The notes under the pieces: model-generated
What the model was told of the DNA's origin: nothing
Seen by the model: only the letters and a program-made list of their open reading frames with translations
Databases searched by the model: none
NCBI GenBank assembly: GCA_950097015.1
Contig: CATNEN010000029.1
Location: forward strand, 5,704,001-5,768,000
DNA from: Macrostomum hystrix
Lineage: Eukaryota; Animalia; Platyhelminthes
Length of the DNA stretch: 64,000 nucleotides
Direction: 5' to 3'
Shown here: in pieces, positions 48,846 to 61,944 of the stretch
Position numbering within the stretch: the first letter of the stretch is position 1
How the letters are laid out: each line of letters opens with the position of its first letter
Position numbers and translations under genes: made by a program

Positions 48846-50319
48846 AAGCGTGTGGTTCTACACGTCTGCTAACTTCAAAAGTTATTGAATTTTCCAGTTT
48901 ATTTAATCATTCGAACAGTCAAATTAATCCTAAAGGGAAAAGAGTACAGGACTGTCAAGACTAGTCACAGCCACTGAGGTTCTATGGCCAAAGCTGTCGT
49001 TCAATTTCCACTTAATTTAAACCTGTGTCTTTCAATTTCAGCAAGAACCATTGACTAGGCCAAGGCTACAGGCCTCGACATCTCAGTCCTCTACAGCTTA
49101 TCCATATTACGTTCAGAGAAACATTCCCTAGATACGATCAGTCCATAGACAAAATGTCACAATAGAAATAGCATCATATAAAACATGTAATTTTTATGAG
49201 AACGAGTTCACATAAAAATTACCCAATGCTCAGATCTAAGTCCAGACAACTGACCTGTTGATGTAATAGTACTTATATGTAAGCATATTGAATGGCTTGT
49301 GCACCATATACTCGAACATAGACAGCGCAGGGTATACACACAACGGACTAGAGCATCTGTTGAAAGCTTGTCTCTGCAGCACGCGTTCGTCCATTACACC
49401 AAGCAGCAACGAGCGGAGCCAGTCATTTTGATGGGCTCAGAGAGTTTGTGCGCATCGAGGCGGGATCTGCAGATCTGCGGGCCTTAGGAAGCTATACGAC
49501 TCTTCGCAGAATCTTTTTCCAGCCTCTCCTCCTCCTCCTTCCTCTCTCTCGCGCTCTCCAGTTTTCTATACGGGCCACAATTCTTCCTCCTTATCTGACT
49601 TGCGCTATCGATTCCACGGTAAACAGAAATCCCCGAGGTCCTCTCTGCTACTGGCCCCCACCCCACATCGGTGCCGGGTGTCTCTCAGAAGCGTTGGAAT
49701 ATTTTAGAGAGTTTTTTGTAAATACAGCCTCCTAAAGCAACGGAGGGGCAGGGCGAGGTCCGTGCAGATGCCGCGCTAGCCCTGCTGCCATCGCTTCAAA
49801 TCCCCAGCGTCCGTGCGGAAATCCGCGGCACCCATTTCTAAGAAACGGAGACCCGGCCGCGTGTCATGCATGCGATATTCCATCTCTTGGCCGGAAGAAA
49901 GTAATCCCTCTAGCCCGAGATTCGTCTGGGATTTTTTCGCCAGACCCTAATTCCCGACTGACTGGTCCATACTTGAGACTTTGATCCCCTCTGGGAGAGC
50001 TGGGTCTGCTTTTGGTAGTGATTTGCCTGAGCGGTGAACACTGCTTGATCCTGTTTCTTTTGTCATTCGGTGCTGTCAAACAAAACGAAAACTGCATTGT
50101 TTTTTTAGATAGGGTTATTTAGATACAGATTCAGTTCAGATTGTTTATACACCTGCCTGCACTTGACCAGCCAGCATGCGTGCCTCACCTTAGTGTCTTC
50201 CTCCTCTTTTAAAATAAATCCCTTCTGTTAACTATCACACCTTCTCCCATCAATTCTCAATCCCTCTCCTATCTATCCCGTTTCGTCAATCAACTCTCAA
50301 TCTCTTTGCCTTCAGCTCT

Positions 50320-50755
50320 CACACACTCAGCATCAGCTCTCAGCATCCCATCAACTCTCACTCCCTCCCCCAGCATCCCATCAACTCTCACTCCCTCCCC
50401 CAGCATCCCATCAACTCTCACTCCCTCCCCCAGCATCCCATCAACTCTCACTCCCTCCCACAGCATCCCATCAACTCTCACTCCCTCCCCCAGCATCCCA
50501 TCAACTCTCACTCCCTCCCCCAGCATCCCATCAACTCTCACTCCCTCCCCCAGCATCCCATCAACTCTCACTCCCTCCCACAGCATCCCATCAACTCTCA
50601 CTCCCTCCCCCAGCATCCCATCAACTCTCACTCCCTCCCCCAGCATCCCATCAACTCTCACTCCCTCCCCCAGCATCCCATCAACTCTCACTCCCTCCCA
50701 CAGCATCCCATCAACTCTCACTCCCTCCCCCAGCATCCCATTAACTCTCACTCCC
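50320..50755. repeat. 30-bp minisatellite (CAGCATCCCATCAACTCTCACTCCCTCCCC)
   Basis: About 14 units; a CCCA variant recurs every fourth unit. Confidence 0.97.
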
Positions 50756-51012
50756 TCTCTCTCATTAACACTCTCCTACTCTACTTGTACCGAAATTCTA
50801 TGGAAACAATATTCAGTATAAATTTAGGCCCACACTCTTCAGAATTAGTATCTAAGAGTAGGACGGTGCTATTTTACGGTAGCTGCAGCCCGCCTATTCA
50901 ACGAATGCGGGCCCGCCTGCAGCTTGATTAGCGCACCACTGTGTAGAGCCAAAGGCGACGCTCTAGGGAAAAAATCTTGCCGCGCTTGCTCACGGCGGCC
51001 GTGTGGAAACAG

Positions 51013-51013
<1 letters not shown>

Positions 51014-51079
<66 letters not shown>
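51014..51079. repeat. Pure (CAG)22 microsatellite
   Basis: Direct reading. Confidence 0.98.
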
Positions 51080-51080
<1 letters not shown>

Positions 51081-51379
51081 CTCCCCTCAGCTGCAAGATC
51101 CGAGAACTAATTAACCGCTCGGCCAAGTCCAATAGATGCGCGCTGATAGAAACAGAATGGGAATTCTGAGTACCTGGTGAGAGGAGCTCGCGTCACCTCA
51201 GCTAAAGAGAGCCCTCTGTACGCACTGTCCAGCCTTTCTTTTAGCTGGGACAATTCAGCCCAGCTGAGCATAGTTGAGACTGTGCTCAGAAATAGAGCAA
51301 GGCTATTGCGGACTTTAGTGCGCCTTTCGTGTGCTCGCACTTCGACCGGTTCAATTTCGGGCGTACGGATTTGACAGAT

Positions 51380-52232
51380 GGGACTGAAGCTATTATCGCC
51401 ACAGGAACTGTAGCTAGTATCGCCACAGGAACTGTAGCTAGTATCGCCACAGGAACTGTAGCTAGTATCGCCACAGGAACTGTAGCTAGTATCGCCACAG
51501 GAACTGTAGCTAGTATCGCCACAGGAACTACTGTAGCTAGTATCGCCACAGGAACCTGTAGCTAGTATCGCCACAGGAATACTGTAGCTAGTATCGCCAC
51601 AGGAACTACTGTAGCTAGTATCGCCACAGGAACTGTAGCTAGTATCGCCACAGGAACTACTGTAGCTAGTATCGCCACAGGAACTGTAGCTAGTATCGCC
51701 ACAGGAACTGTAGCTAGTATCGCCACAGGAACTACTGTAGCTAGTATCGCCACAGGAACTGTAGCTAGTATCACCACAGGAACTGTAGCTAGTATCGCCA
51801 CAGGAACTGTAGCTAGTATCGCCACAGGAACTGTAGCTATTATCGCCACAGGAACTGTAGCTAGTATCGCCACAGGAACTACTGTAGCTAGTATCGCCAC
51901 AGGAACTGTAGCTAGTATCGCCACAGGAACTGTAGCTAGTATCGCCACAGGAACTGTAGCTAGTATCGCCACAGGAACTGTAGCTAGTATCGCCACAGGA
52001 ACTGTAGCTAGTATCGCCACAGGAACTGTAGCTAGTATCGCCACAGGAACTGTAGCTAGTATCGCCACAGGAACTGTAGCTAGTATCGCCACAGGAACTG
52101 TAGCTAGTATCGCCACAGGAACTACTGTAGCTAGTATCGCCACAGGAACTGTAGCTAGTATCGCCACAGGAACTGTAGCTAGTATCGACACAGGAACTGT
52201 AGCTAGTATCGCCACAGGAACTGTAGCTAGTA
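51380..52232. repeat. 24-bp minisatellite (GTAGCTAGTATCGCCACAGGAACT)
   Basis: About 35 units, some with an ACT insertion. Confidence 0.98.
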
Positions 52233-52944
52233 TTTGTAGCTAGTACTAGCTATGAAATTATCTAGAATGTTCCAGAACAAGCTACGAGCTCACGAAATCA
52301 CGAATATGTACGAGCATTAGCATTAGCATCAACGACAGCATGTTATTCTACTGCATCTGGCATTACACTAATGCCCAATCGGGTCTCATGACCTGAGACG
52401 TTCGCAGCGGATCGCGTATCAGATTAGCAAAACTATATTTTAGTCGCCGCTAAGTCTATAAATAAATGAAGCGCCGGTTCAACTGTCCCGGAGCAGTGAA
52501 GGGCGCTGGCCGACCCCCGCCACTCTCGGCTGGACAGGCCTCTGTGGCAGCAATAAACTGGTGCTGGGGCAGAGAAACAGTCAGCTAGTGGGCGCATTTG
52601 TTCTGCGGTCAAAGAGTCTCTCTTATTCCCTCGACTCCCTTATTCCCGCCCAGCTTTGCTTGTACTAAAAGCCTTTCGAGTTGCACAGCTTTTCAGCTCT
52701 TTGATCTGCTAGTCTTTCAGTTTACTTCAAGAGGCAGTTAAATGTTTCAGAACTTTCTAAACTCGTTTGCATTATTGAGATATTGCGGGTCGAACTGGTA
52801 TACATTTAGCTCTATTTGCTCTCACGTCCCTTACACTTGCTGTAGAAGTGCTCATGTTCGATACTTGTCTTACTGCTCAGGGTCAGAGTGCGGGGGGTAA
52901 ATATCTCTGGAGTTTCTGAGATTTTCGAAAATTGGAGGTTATCG

Positions 52945-54060
52945 AATGACGGGTGGCGTGAGGTGGGGCTGGAAGTTCGGTATAGAATAGACGGGCGGCG
53001 TGAGGTGGGGCTGGAAGTTGGGTATAGAATGGACGGGCAGCGTGAGGTGGGGCTGGAAGTTGGAATGGGAATGGACGGGCAGCGTGAGGTGGGGCTGGAA
53101 GTTGGAATGGGAATGGACGGGCAGCGTGAGGTGGGGCTGGAAGTTGGGTATAGAATGGACGGGCAGCGTGAGTTGGGACTGGAATTTGGGTATAGAATGG
53201 ACGGGCGGCGTGAGGTGGGGCTGGAATTTGGGTATAGAATGGACGGGCAGCGTGAGGTGGGACTGGAATTTGGGTATAGAATGGACGGGCAGCGTGAGGT
53301 GGGACTGGAATTTGGGTATAGAATGGACGGGCAGCGTGAGGTGGGGCTGGAAGTTGGAATGGGAATGGACGGGCAGCGTGAGGTGGGGCTGGAAGTTGGA
53401 ATGGGAATGGACGGGCAGCGTGAGGTGGGGCTGGAAGTTGGGTATAGAATGGACGGGCAGCGTGAGTTGGGACTGGAATTTGGGTATAGAATGGACGGGC
53501 GGCGTGAGGTGGGGCTGGAATTTGGGTATAGAATGGACGGGCAGCGTGAGGTGGGACTGGAATTTGGGTATAGAATGGACGGGCAGCGTGAGGTGGGACT
53601 GGAATTTGGGTATAGAATGGACGGGCAGCGTGAGGTGGGGCTGGAAGTTGGAATGGGAATGGACGGGCAGCGTGAGGTGGGGCTGGAAGTTGGAATGGGA
53701 ATGGACGGGCAGCGTGAGGTGGGGCTGGAAGTTGGAATGGGAATGGACGGGCAGCGTGAGGTGGGGCTGGAAGTTGGAATGGGAATGGACGGGCAGCGTG
53801 AGGTGGGGCTGGAAGTTGGAATGGGAATGGACGGGCAGCGTGAGGTGGGGCTGGAAGTTGGAATGGGAATGGACGGGCAGCGTGAGGTGGGGCTGGAAGT
53901 TGGAATGGGAATGGACGGGCAGCGTGAGGTGGGGCTGGAAGTTGGGTATAGAATGGACGGGCGGCGTGAGGTGGGGCTGGAAGTTGGGAATGGCCGGATG
54001 GACCGACCGCGTGAGGTGGGACAAAAAGTTAGGTAAAGAACGGACGGGTGGCGTGAGGTG
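52945..54060. repeat. 42-bp G-rich minisatellite (GACGGGCAGCGTGAGGTGGGGCTGGAAGTTGGAATGGGAATG)
   Basis: About 26 units, with block duplications. Confidence 0.98.
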
Positions 54061-54700
54061 GTTGCTACAAATACCAGTGAAAAGATCTCGGAAAAAGCTA
54101 GGATAGCTAGTGAACGATCCAGGCCACACCAGGGGAGTTGGGTGGATCGCATGAAAGACATCGAGTTTGGCTGCAAGTTCGAGCTAAAAGAACCAAAAGT
54201 TTTACAGCCAAAATTAATGCGAAATTCTATTTTAGTATGCCTGCATTATTGAAATTTTCGTGGAACAAAAACACATTGACATACAAGAATATATGTACCA
54301 GTATATTTGGCAGTTTGCGTAGACAATGCAATAGACAAGTTGAAACAAAGACTATACATAGTACTCGTTGATTAACGAGCGTCAGCTTAGAGCACCCATC
54401 TGACAATGCGCTTACAGGCACAGTAAGGCAGCGCACACGCACACACTACCTTTTAAGTTGTCATTCACGGGCGGTGATTGAATGACAATGCCCGGGCCTT
54501 CTCTTCGCGGCTTTTGAACAACTTTTATACGGCCTCGCTACGAATTCGAACTCAGGATACATGATGTTGGAGTCGGAACGCTAACATGCCCCCACATATC
54601 ACAGGACACACAAATTTACTTATCTGCAAGTGAGTCGACTGTCCTGGCTCTGGGACAATTTTGTAGGCTAGAGTTTACTGTGGAAATGCGCAATCTCGCC

Positions 54701-56497
54701 TTAAGGAACTGCGCAACTAGAGCTAAAACATAGGGAATATTGCAGAAGCTCGGTTATCACCCGTCTGGTCTGGACCGGCTGGCTCCAAAGTGGCCAAATA
54801 TCATATTCACTCCGCCGCTGCCTCCGCCGCCTCCGCCGCCTCCGCCGCCGATACCGCCGCCTGCTGACGCCTCCGCCACCGATGCCGCCGGCACCAGTCG
54901 CCATAGAGCCGCCGCTGCCAATGACGCCACCCCCGCCACGGCGCTGATGCTGATGATGATGCCTGGAGGCCCCGCCAGCTGAGTAGGAGGCGCAGTCACG
55001 GTCTAGACCTCCGCCGCCGATGCCGCCGCCACCGCCGCCTCCTCCGCCTAAGCCGCCGCGGCTGCCGCCTCCGCCGCCGCCGACGCCGCCGAATTCGAGG
55101 CCCGAGGATTCCATATCCAGCACGATTTCGTGATGATGATGCGCCGGCTGCTTGGCTGCTCCGCCGCCCTGCTGGTACAGCGCCCGCCGCTGCATCCCCC
55201 TGGCCATCTGGGCCGCCCGCTCGCATCGGCTGCGCCTATGTTGGCAGTGATAGCGCACGAAGGAGGCCGCCAGCAGAGCGATGAACAACAGAGCGATGCC
55301 CAGGTGAATCGGCCATATGAGCATGCTTTCCTGAGTCAGGGAGATAATTCACTCTCCAACAAAGTGCTCTCTCAGTCTCAGTTGATCGGCTAGCTATTTC
55401 TTCGATTTCTGGAGGGAGGGAGGATGGGTGGAAGGGAGGGAAGTACTGAAGAGAATGCGAAAACTCTAGGCCACCGAAAGCAGGGAGTCGACTGCCAGCT
55501 AAAGAGAAAAATTATACGAAGCTTCCCTGTCGCACTCGGCCATCATTCACCCGTGCACCGGCCTCGCTTATCTTAGGGGGTCAAGTAAGAAGAGAGAAAG
55601 AGACAGGGAGAGGGAGGGGGTGAGAGATTTGAGTGCATCGAGAACTGGTCGAGTTAGGGGAGCGGAGAGTTGTGATTGGCTGGCAAGGCTTTAGCAGCAG
55701 AGCCATCCGTTTCATCCCAGGGTACTTTTTCCCTGACTCAACTTCCTTCGCTGAGTCTCGTCAGTATTCTCGACTGAATTCCAATCAGTCCAAATTAATC
55801 AATTTTGACTTTTTGCAAGATGCATGATTATTTATGGGCTTTCTAACCCGTTCTTGCGATCAATTTCAAAGCCCGCGATTTATTTTGTCTAATAATCGTT
55901 CCATACTTGATTTTTTCTTTTCGGATGGAACCAGGACAAGGATTAAAATGAAATGGAAGATTAATGATTCAATAATTTCAGATCAGGCAAAAGCCTACTA
56001 GCAAGGCTAAAAGTCTATAGAAATACATTTAACTCTCAATTGCTCGCGAGCACCAGGGATTCGCCACTGGAATCTCCGTAAGAGCTGAAATCACCCACTA
56101 CGTATCTCACTCGTGTCTTTATATAGCCAGCTTGGGCCTTTGTCACGTGACTCGCCGAAGTGGGGGTTGGCGCTCCCGCGGTCCGGATTGGCCTGAGCGG
56201 CAGCTGGACTCGGCGCACCCGGGCTGTTCTGTGCGGCCTTCCAAGCAAACGAGAACGTAGGTTCCGAGGTCCTGTACTAGCATCCAGCGCTAGCGGAGAC
56301 TTGAAACTGGCGGTCCACATGATCCGGGCTATTGTCCCGAGCCTGTCATGAACGTCCTGCTGGTGGCCTTGCAGGTTCCGTTCAGGCCGAGCCAAGCCCG
56401 GACCCGGAGGTACGTGGACAGCAAGATGTGCGACACCGGAGCGCCCGACACCGCCAAATGGGGCCGGAAATTGTTCGCTGGCCCTGCGGCGCCCCAT
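54701..56497 (-). CDS. Probable 3' exons of a single-pass membrane protein with a Gly/His-rich cytoplasmic tail (partial, frame uncertain)
   Basis: Exon from the acceptor at 55330: ESMLIWPIHLGIALLFIALLAASFVRYHCQHRRSR (TM segment plus basic stop-transfer), then poly-Gly. A GC-rich upstream exon 56497-56111 has AG/GT ends. Confidence 0.45.
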
Positions 56498-58129
56498 CTG
56501 ACGTCAGAAAATTTCAAAGCCCAGCCTCCTTAATTTCCTCAAGCAAGCCAGGAATGGAGTCCTAAATGAACGAATTACATTTTTTCTCGAAAAAATCTTT
56601 TTTTCTCTTATCAGATCCCGAAAAGGACAGCCGTCGGTAGCGAATCTCTGAAAGAAAATAGCCCATTACTCAAGAAAATCGGGTAGAGGTGCCATGAAGG
56701 CCCATTAGCATTAGATACGGATACAAGCACGGCTTAGATGCGGAAGCCATGCGCTCTCGTCCTTCCCCTTCCATTGCGTGCCAGTTTTGCCGACGCCTTT
56801 GCCAGAAACACGAGCAAATAAATATAAATCACAATGATGCAAAGCCAACGGAAATCAAATTTCTAAGTCTAATTCTGGCGACCGAATGCAAATTGTACTG
56901 AAAAAAAATAAATTAGAAATTCAAGACCGATCGAGAGAAGAAGATTCGTTGTTGCAATTTCAGAAATCAACTCGTTAAATCACGGAGACCCACATCTGGG
57001 TCGGCAGCTGGAAAATTTGAGTGTTTTTTTTCTTTGTACATATCCAACAAGTTTTACTGGCTTTTTAAGTGTTTCAATTGCGGTGTGGCGATAAGCAATC
57101 GGAAACCGCGGCCTGCGTTGTTCAACATCCTCAAAAGAGCGACTAGAGTTGTGAGATGCAATTGCAAGAGCTAACTAGCGTGGAAATCAGCCTTAAAAAT
57201 TCGATTGGTCAATCAGGCTTGTGTTGTTGCTATTTTTAGAAAAGCTTGTGGGGAAATCCCTAATTAGCATTAGCACGTGACCGACTCCGGCCAATGACAA
57301 CATGATCGGCCGTTTAATGTGAGCCAACTTTGAAGACAACTTTTCGATAAATTACCTAACTTTAAGGAGATATTACAACATTTGATTGGTAGCTGTCACA
57401 CTCATTGCATTTTATGTAAACTAGATATCATTTTGTCAGGTGGACTGCTTAAACACGTCGATAGTTGACAGAGAGTGGGCGGGGAGAGCAGGCCCCCCAC
57501 ACGTGACCTGCCGAGACCTGCACCGCCTTCTGAGTGCCCGCTCCAAAGACCCAGCAACGCTGGGCGTAATGAGAACCGGAGAAGGGAGAGAAATGGAGCA
57601 GAAAAAGAAGATTTACAAGCAAGTCTCTCTCGGCATTCCCTACCCCATTCTCTCTCAGGCTATGTGGCACCGACTGAAGAAACATCGATCACAGGGAGCC
57701 GCGGACAGGCCCGGGGAGTGGGTTGGCGAGGAAAAAATCAAATTCCCAAATCGAATCTTCAGGCCTCAGGTCCGGCGAGCATATCCCAGATGGAGGGGAT
57801 GAGGGGAGGCCAGAACGCTTTAGCCTTTCAGACATGGCTGCACACATAACTACAAGCATGTGAACAGCTGCATTCGACAGCTACATAGAATAAAAATGTC
57901 TCGCATTGAGGATATGAGAGCTGCTAGTTTGCCAAAGTATTCTCTCAGCAGACAACAATGGCGTATAGGAATTGGAGCTGAATGGGAATTGGGAAATGGG
58001 AATGGGAATGGGAATGGGAAAGGTCCTGGCAAATCATAATATTAAAATAATTGATTACACCTGCCCAAGTGTGCATGTGCAGTCGACAGCATAGCCGCAG
58101 CTATAATTGCGTGGCAGCATCTGAAAGCT

Positions 58130-58345
58130 GCGTTCGGCTGTTCAGTCCATGGACTGGGGACGCCACCCCCCAGTCCCCTCAATTACCCCAGCTGTTGCTG
58201 GCACACATTTAACAGCTGGGTGAACTAGAGCAACGCAGAGTTGAGTGTCTCGCTAAGGGACACAAAGTGGTTCAGTGGAATCGAGAATCGAACCCCGGAC
58301 CTTCAAGTCGAGCGTCGACGCTACAACAGCTCTAGCCACATAGCT
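58130..58345 (-). mobile_element. SINE family B
   Basis: The reverse complement has a tRNA head with GGGTTCGATTCT, followed by the rc of GTGTCTCGCTAAGGGACACA and ACAGCTGGGTGAACT. Confidence 0.7.
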
Positions 58346-58798
58346 ACAACAGCTTTGTAGGCCAATTGTGGACCAAGTAAGCTCATCCACGAGGTCACAA
58401 TTATTTGGGCCGCAGCCGCATGCAGATAGAAAGGGGTTTTGGCGTGCAGTTTGATACGACCCTGAGGTCAACCCGAAAGTGCAAGCAGAAGAAAATAGGC
58501 TATTTATACTACTTTTGTTGCTATTACTAAAAACTTATTTTATTTCGGATCACGAATTGATTGTTGATGCTCGCACCAAGGGCCACTGGAAGAAGGACGG
58601 GACACTTCGTTTATTGAAAATTTATTAAAAGCTGATTTTCACGGAAAATGCTATTGCGAGATAGGAACTTTTCACGTTTTTCACATAAAAATGTTGATAA
58701 CTTTTAATTCCAAGCAGATCCAATGCAGTTCTTTTAATATATATCGCGAAACTTGTTTCAAACCAATAAATAATTGGAATGATCACCCCGCTATGCAA

Positions 58799-58871
58799 GC
58801 CTCTGTAGCTCAGTGGCTAGAGCACTGGTCTCGTAAACCAGGGGTCGGGAGTTCGATCCTCCCCAGGGGCT
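58799..58871 (+). tRNA. tRNA-Thr, anticodon CGT
   Basis: 73-nt cloverleaf: acceptor GCCTCTG/CAGGGGC, D stem GCTC/GAGC, anticodon stem CTGGT/ACCAG with loop CTCGTAA, T stem GGGAG/CTCCC with loop TTCGATC. Confidence 0.97.
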
Positions 58872-58876
58872 ATTGC

Positions 58877-58882
58877 TTTTTT
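58877..58882 (+). terminator. Pol III terminator (T6) of tRNA-Thr
   Basis: TTTTTT 6 nt after the discriminator base. Confidence 0.85.
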
Positions 58883-60029
58883 GAAACATTGCGCTGGCTT
58901 TCAGAAGGCGTCATACCAATGCACCGGGAAAAACAAAATATTTTTATCTACCTTTCTGTCAATTGACTAAATTTGACAGGATTTAAATGTTCGATGACAG
59001 TAATGTTGTTCATACCATAACTACACCAATCAGTGAATCAAGCCGAAGCAGAGCAAGGAAAACTTAATTTACACTCTCCACTGGCAAGTTAAAATTAACA
59101 GCGTATTTGAACAATGATAAGCCTATGAATAACGAAAACAGAATTTCATAAATAAGTCCATTTATTCTAGGTTCCCAGGCAATGAACATAAAGAGCACGC
59201 CAGCACGGAGTGAAGCCGATATGTTTAGAAAAAAAGTAATTTTTACTGCGAAAACAAAAAGAGATTTTTTTGCTTGCTGATTAATTACACAACAAGTTTG
59301 TCATTACAAAATTTTATTAAAAGACAATTTTAATAAAAGTCAATTTAAGAAAAATTTAAAATAATTTGTTATAACTCAATTACTAAAAAGTGTCTTTATA
59401 CCGCGGTAGAATTCTTGCAAGTTTGAATATAACATTTTCATAGAAAGCAATACGAAAAATAAGGAGGTGTGTCTTGTTGTATCTAAAGCGATTGTTACTT
59501 TATAAACGACAATGCACATGATCTACACCCTTTACTGTCTTCACACACCTGGTAGGCTGGAGCCCAAACACATCTCGCACCCAAAACAAAGTATATAATG
59601 CAATGCAGAGTCAACTGGGTTTTCTTGTTTCTATAACTGGAATATTAATTTTAGGAAATATTATTTTATTTCATAATACTTTTTCGTATATGCTACAAAA
59701 CCTACTATAGCATAGAATTACAGCTTCTCTCCATGTTTTTAGCTTCTCTATGTGGCATAATGAATGAGAAGACTTGACTGCCAGCTTGGCCTCCACCAAT
59801 CTCACATCTACCCACCCAAGCTATCCAATAGAATAATTGGTCCTACACTACAGTGAATAGCTAATTAGACTTAATTATTTTAAAAAATCTGTATGTGATT
59901 CATTTTATTTTGTACACCAGGTACAAAAAGCATCAACTGTGCAGTACAAAAACTATGCTGCTTATTACAGCCTTTAGCACTGTGCTAGAATCTGCTACTG
60001 GGACTATGACCTAAGTGGGCATTTGGCAC

Positions 60030-60590
60030 TGCTACCTCGCTGCACAGAGTTTACGTACCTAGGCAGCCTCAGTGCAAGTGTACAAGACAACATTGCACTG
60101 CACTGGCCTGGGGAGCTTTCTACTCCCTGCAAACTGTCCTGCAGTTCCCTGCACTTCCAGACCCACTGAGGGGGTGGTTGTATTAGTCTGTGATTGAGAC
60201 CATGCTCCTGTACAATGCCCATGCATGGACCCTGCCTGACACACAGGAGCAGCATTTTGTCAACATATATCGATACATGTAGCACTCTTGCACATTGCCT
60301 TCATGTTTCAATATTTGCCAACACTAGCTTCAATGTTTCCAATGATAAACTATACTGCCAAGCCCAGCTCTGCCAACCAAGCCAGCTACTGTGCACCTGG
60401 TGCCTGCAGCTGGCCAGCCACATCATTCAAGTGGAGTTACACTGCCCAGAGCCCCTGCAAGATATGCTATTGCTTTCCCTGCAGGGACCACATTGGTTCC
60501 GCCAGGCAAGGACAGTGCTCTATGTTGACCTGCTTCTGTTGGACACTGGCATCTCTGACCCCAATGAATTGACAAATCTTCAAAATGTTG
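60030..60590 (+). mobile_element. Highly degenerate 3' remnant of an RTE-like LINE
   Basis: EFTYLGS motif at about 60045; downstream QLASHII..E.HCPEPLQD.LLL.LQGP....R..YVD.LL.DTG resembles RTE-type C-termini (recognised from memory). Confidence 0.55.
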
Positions 60591-61944
60591 TGCTAGCATA
60601 TTTTGTCAGCTACCCAACTTTTGCCTTGGTCCAGGGTAATTGTAAGTTTTGTTGTTGTTATTAATGATGAGTAATTATAATTGTAAGTTTGCTTTGTGCT
60701 CTTTACTTAGCTAAGCCTATCTTAATAATTTTTAATGTTTTAGAGAAAAAAGAAGCTCATTATCTACTAATTTTAAAATTACTAATATTTGAGATGAACT
60801 ATTTTAAGAACAAGGTTATCTACAATAGCAAAAATGTATCCTAATAACTACCGATGACATCTTTAATTTAGTATTGACTGCTCTTTGTACATTCAAACAA
60901 AACAATGAAGAAAGTTTTTCTCTGCTCAATATTTGCATTCATTTATAGATTTTACAGTTCACAATTAAGACATATGGTTACAATAGGCTATGTATCTAAA
61001 CGTGAACTGATCCTGCAGAATTTTCTACAGGATTTCTGACATTGTGTTTTTGTTTCTTGCATGGTTTAATTAAATATAGGAGATTTCCCTAAAAGCTATT
61101 CCCAAATCTACAAACAAATTTTATGTGGACCCTGGCCCAAGTCATAGCTATATTTTATAATCAAGTGTAAATAACATTAAAGCAAGCAGCATAAAAAGCA
61201 ATTAAGGATTATGATTATCAGATTGATAGTAACAATGTGTCTATGTCACTCTACTTCCGTCCATTCGACACCAGTTCAGTATTTATTTTAAATTTAGGTA
61301 TTAGGTATCATTGGATGAGCAAGTAGGGGCCTAGCTCCTTTACAAAAGGCTTCAATTGTGGTTATTTGTAAAGTATGTCCATAAATTACAGAAAACAATG
61401 TGGGATAAAGTTAAAAAATAATAGGTTAGCTACAACAAACTTAAGATTAAAATGTTTTGAGCAAATTATTTTAGCATCCATGCAAATTTTAACATATCAT
61501 TAATCTTTCTGTTTACAGATATTGTACACAAAAGTCATTGATGAAATAGTTTTAGTTGACTATTAATGATAGTAGTTGTAATTTAAAGGAAATAATGACT
61601 TGTTTTTGTAGTCATAGAAACTTATTTGTATATATATTGTATTAATATTAATATACCTATTAATATTACAAAACCTATCTTTGTGGTTGATATCTTGGAT
61701 TTAAACTTGATATCTATATTTTATATTCATACTTTCTGGTCATTTATTTTAATGTTAGGCAACTAGGAGTCAAACATCTTTTTATTGCAGCTATAAGAGT
61801 ACTTTAGTGCCTTCAGGAATCAAGACAGTCCCTCAGCAAAAATTTTATTGCTTCATGCAACGCACCATTGGCCAACCCTTGGCTCCAGCATCCTCATTCA
61901 GTCTACACCCTGTCCAGCCCAAAACTGCCCAGTCTAGCAGGAGC

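Noticed and set aside
49299-50097. Several short ORFs in GC-richer DNA
   Set aside because: No homology motif and no consistent exon chain.
52812-54176. Four overlapping 368-454 aa ORFs
   Set aside because: They are translations of the 42-bp array on both strands.
57440-57849. Overlapping 120-124 aa ORFs
   Set aside because: No recognisable motif, splice support or codon bias; may hide a small minus-strand exon but this is unsupported.
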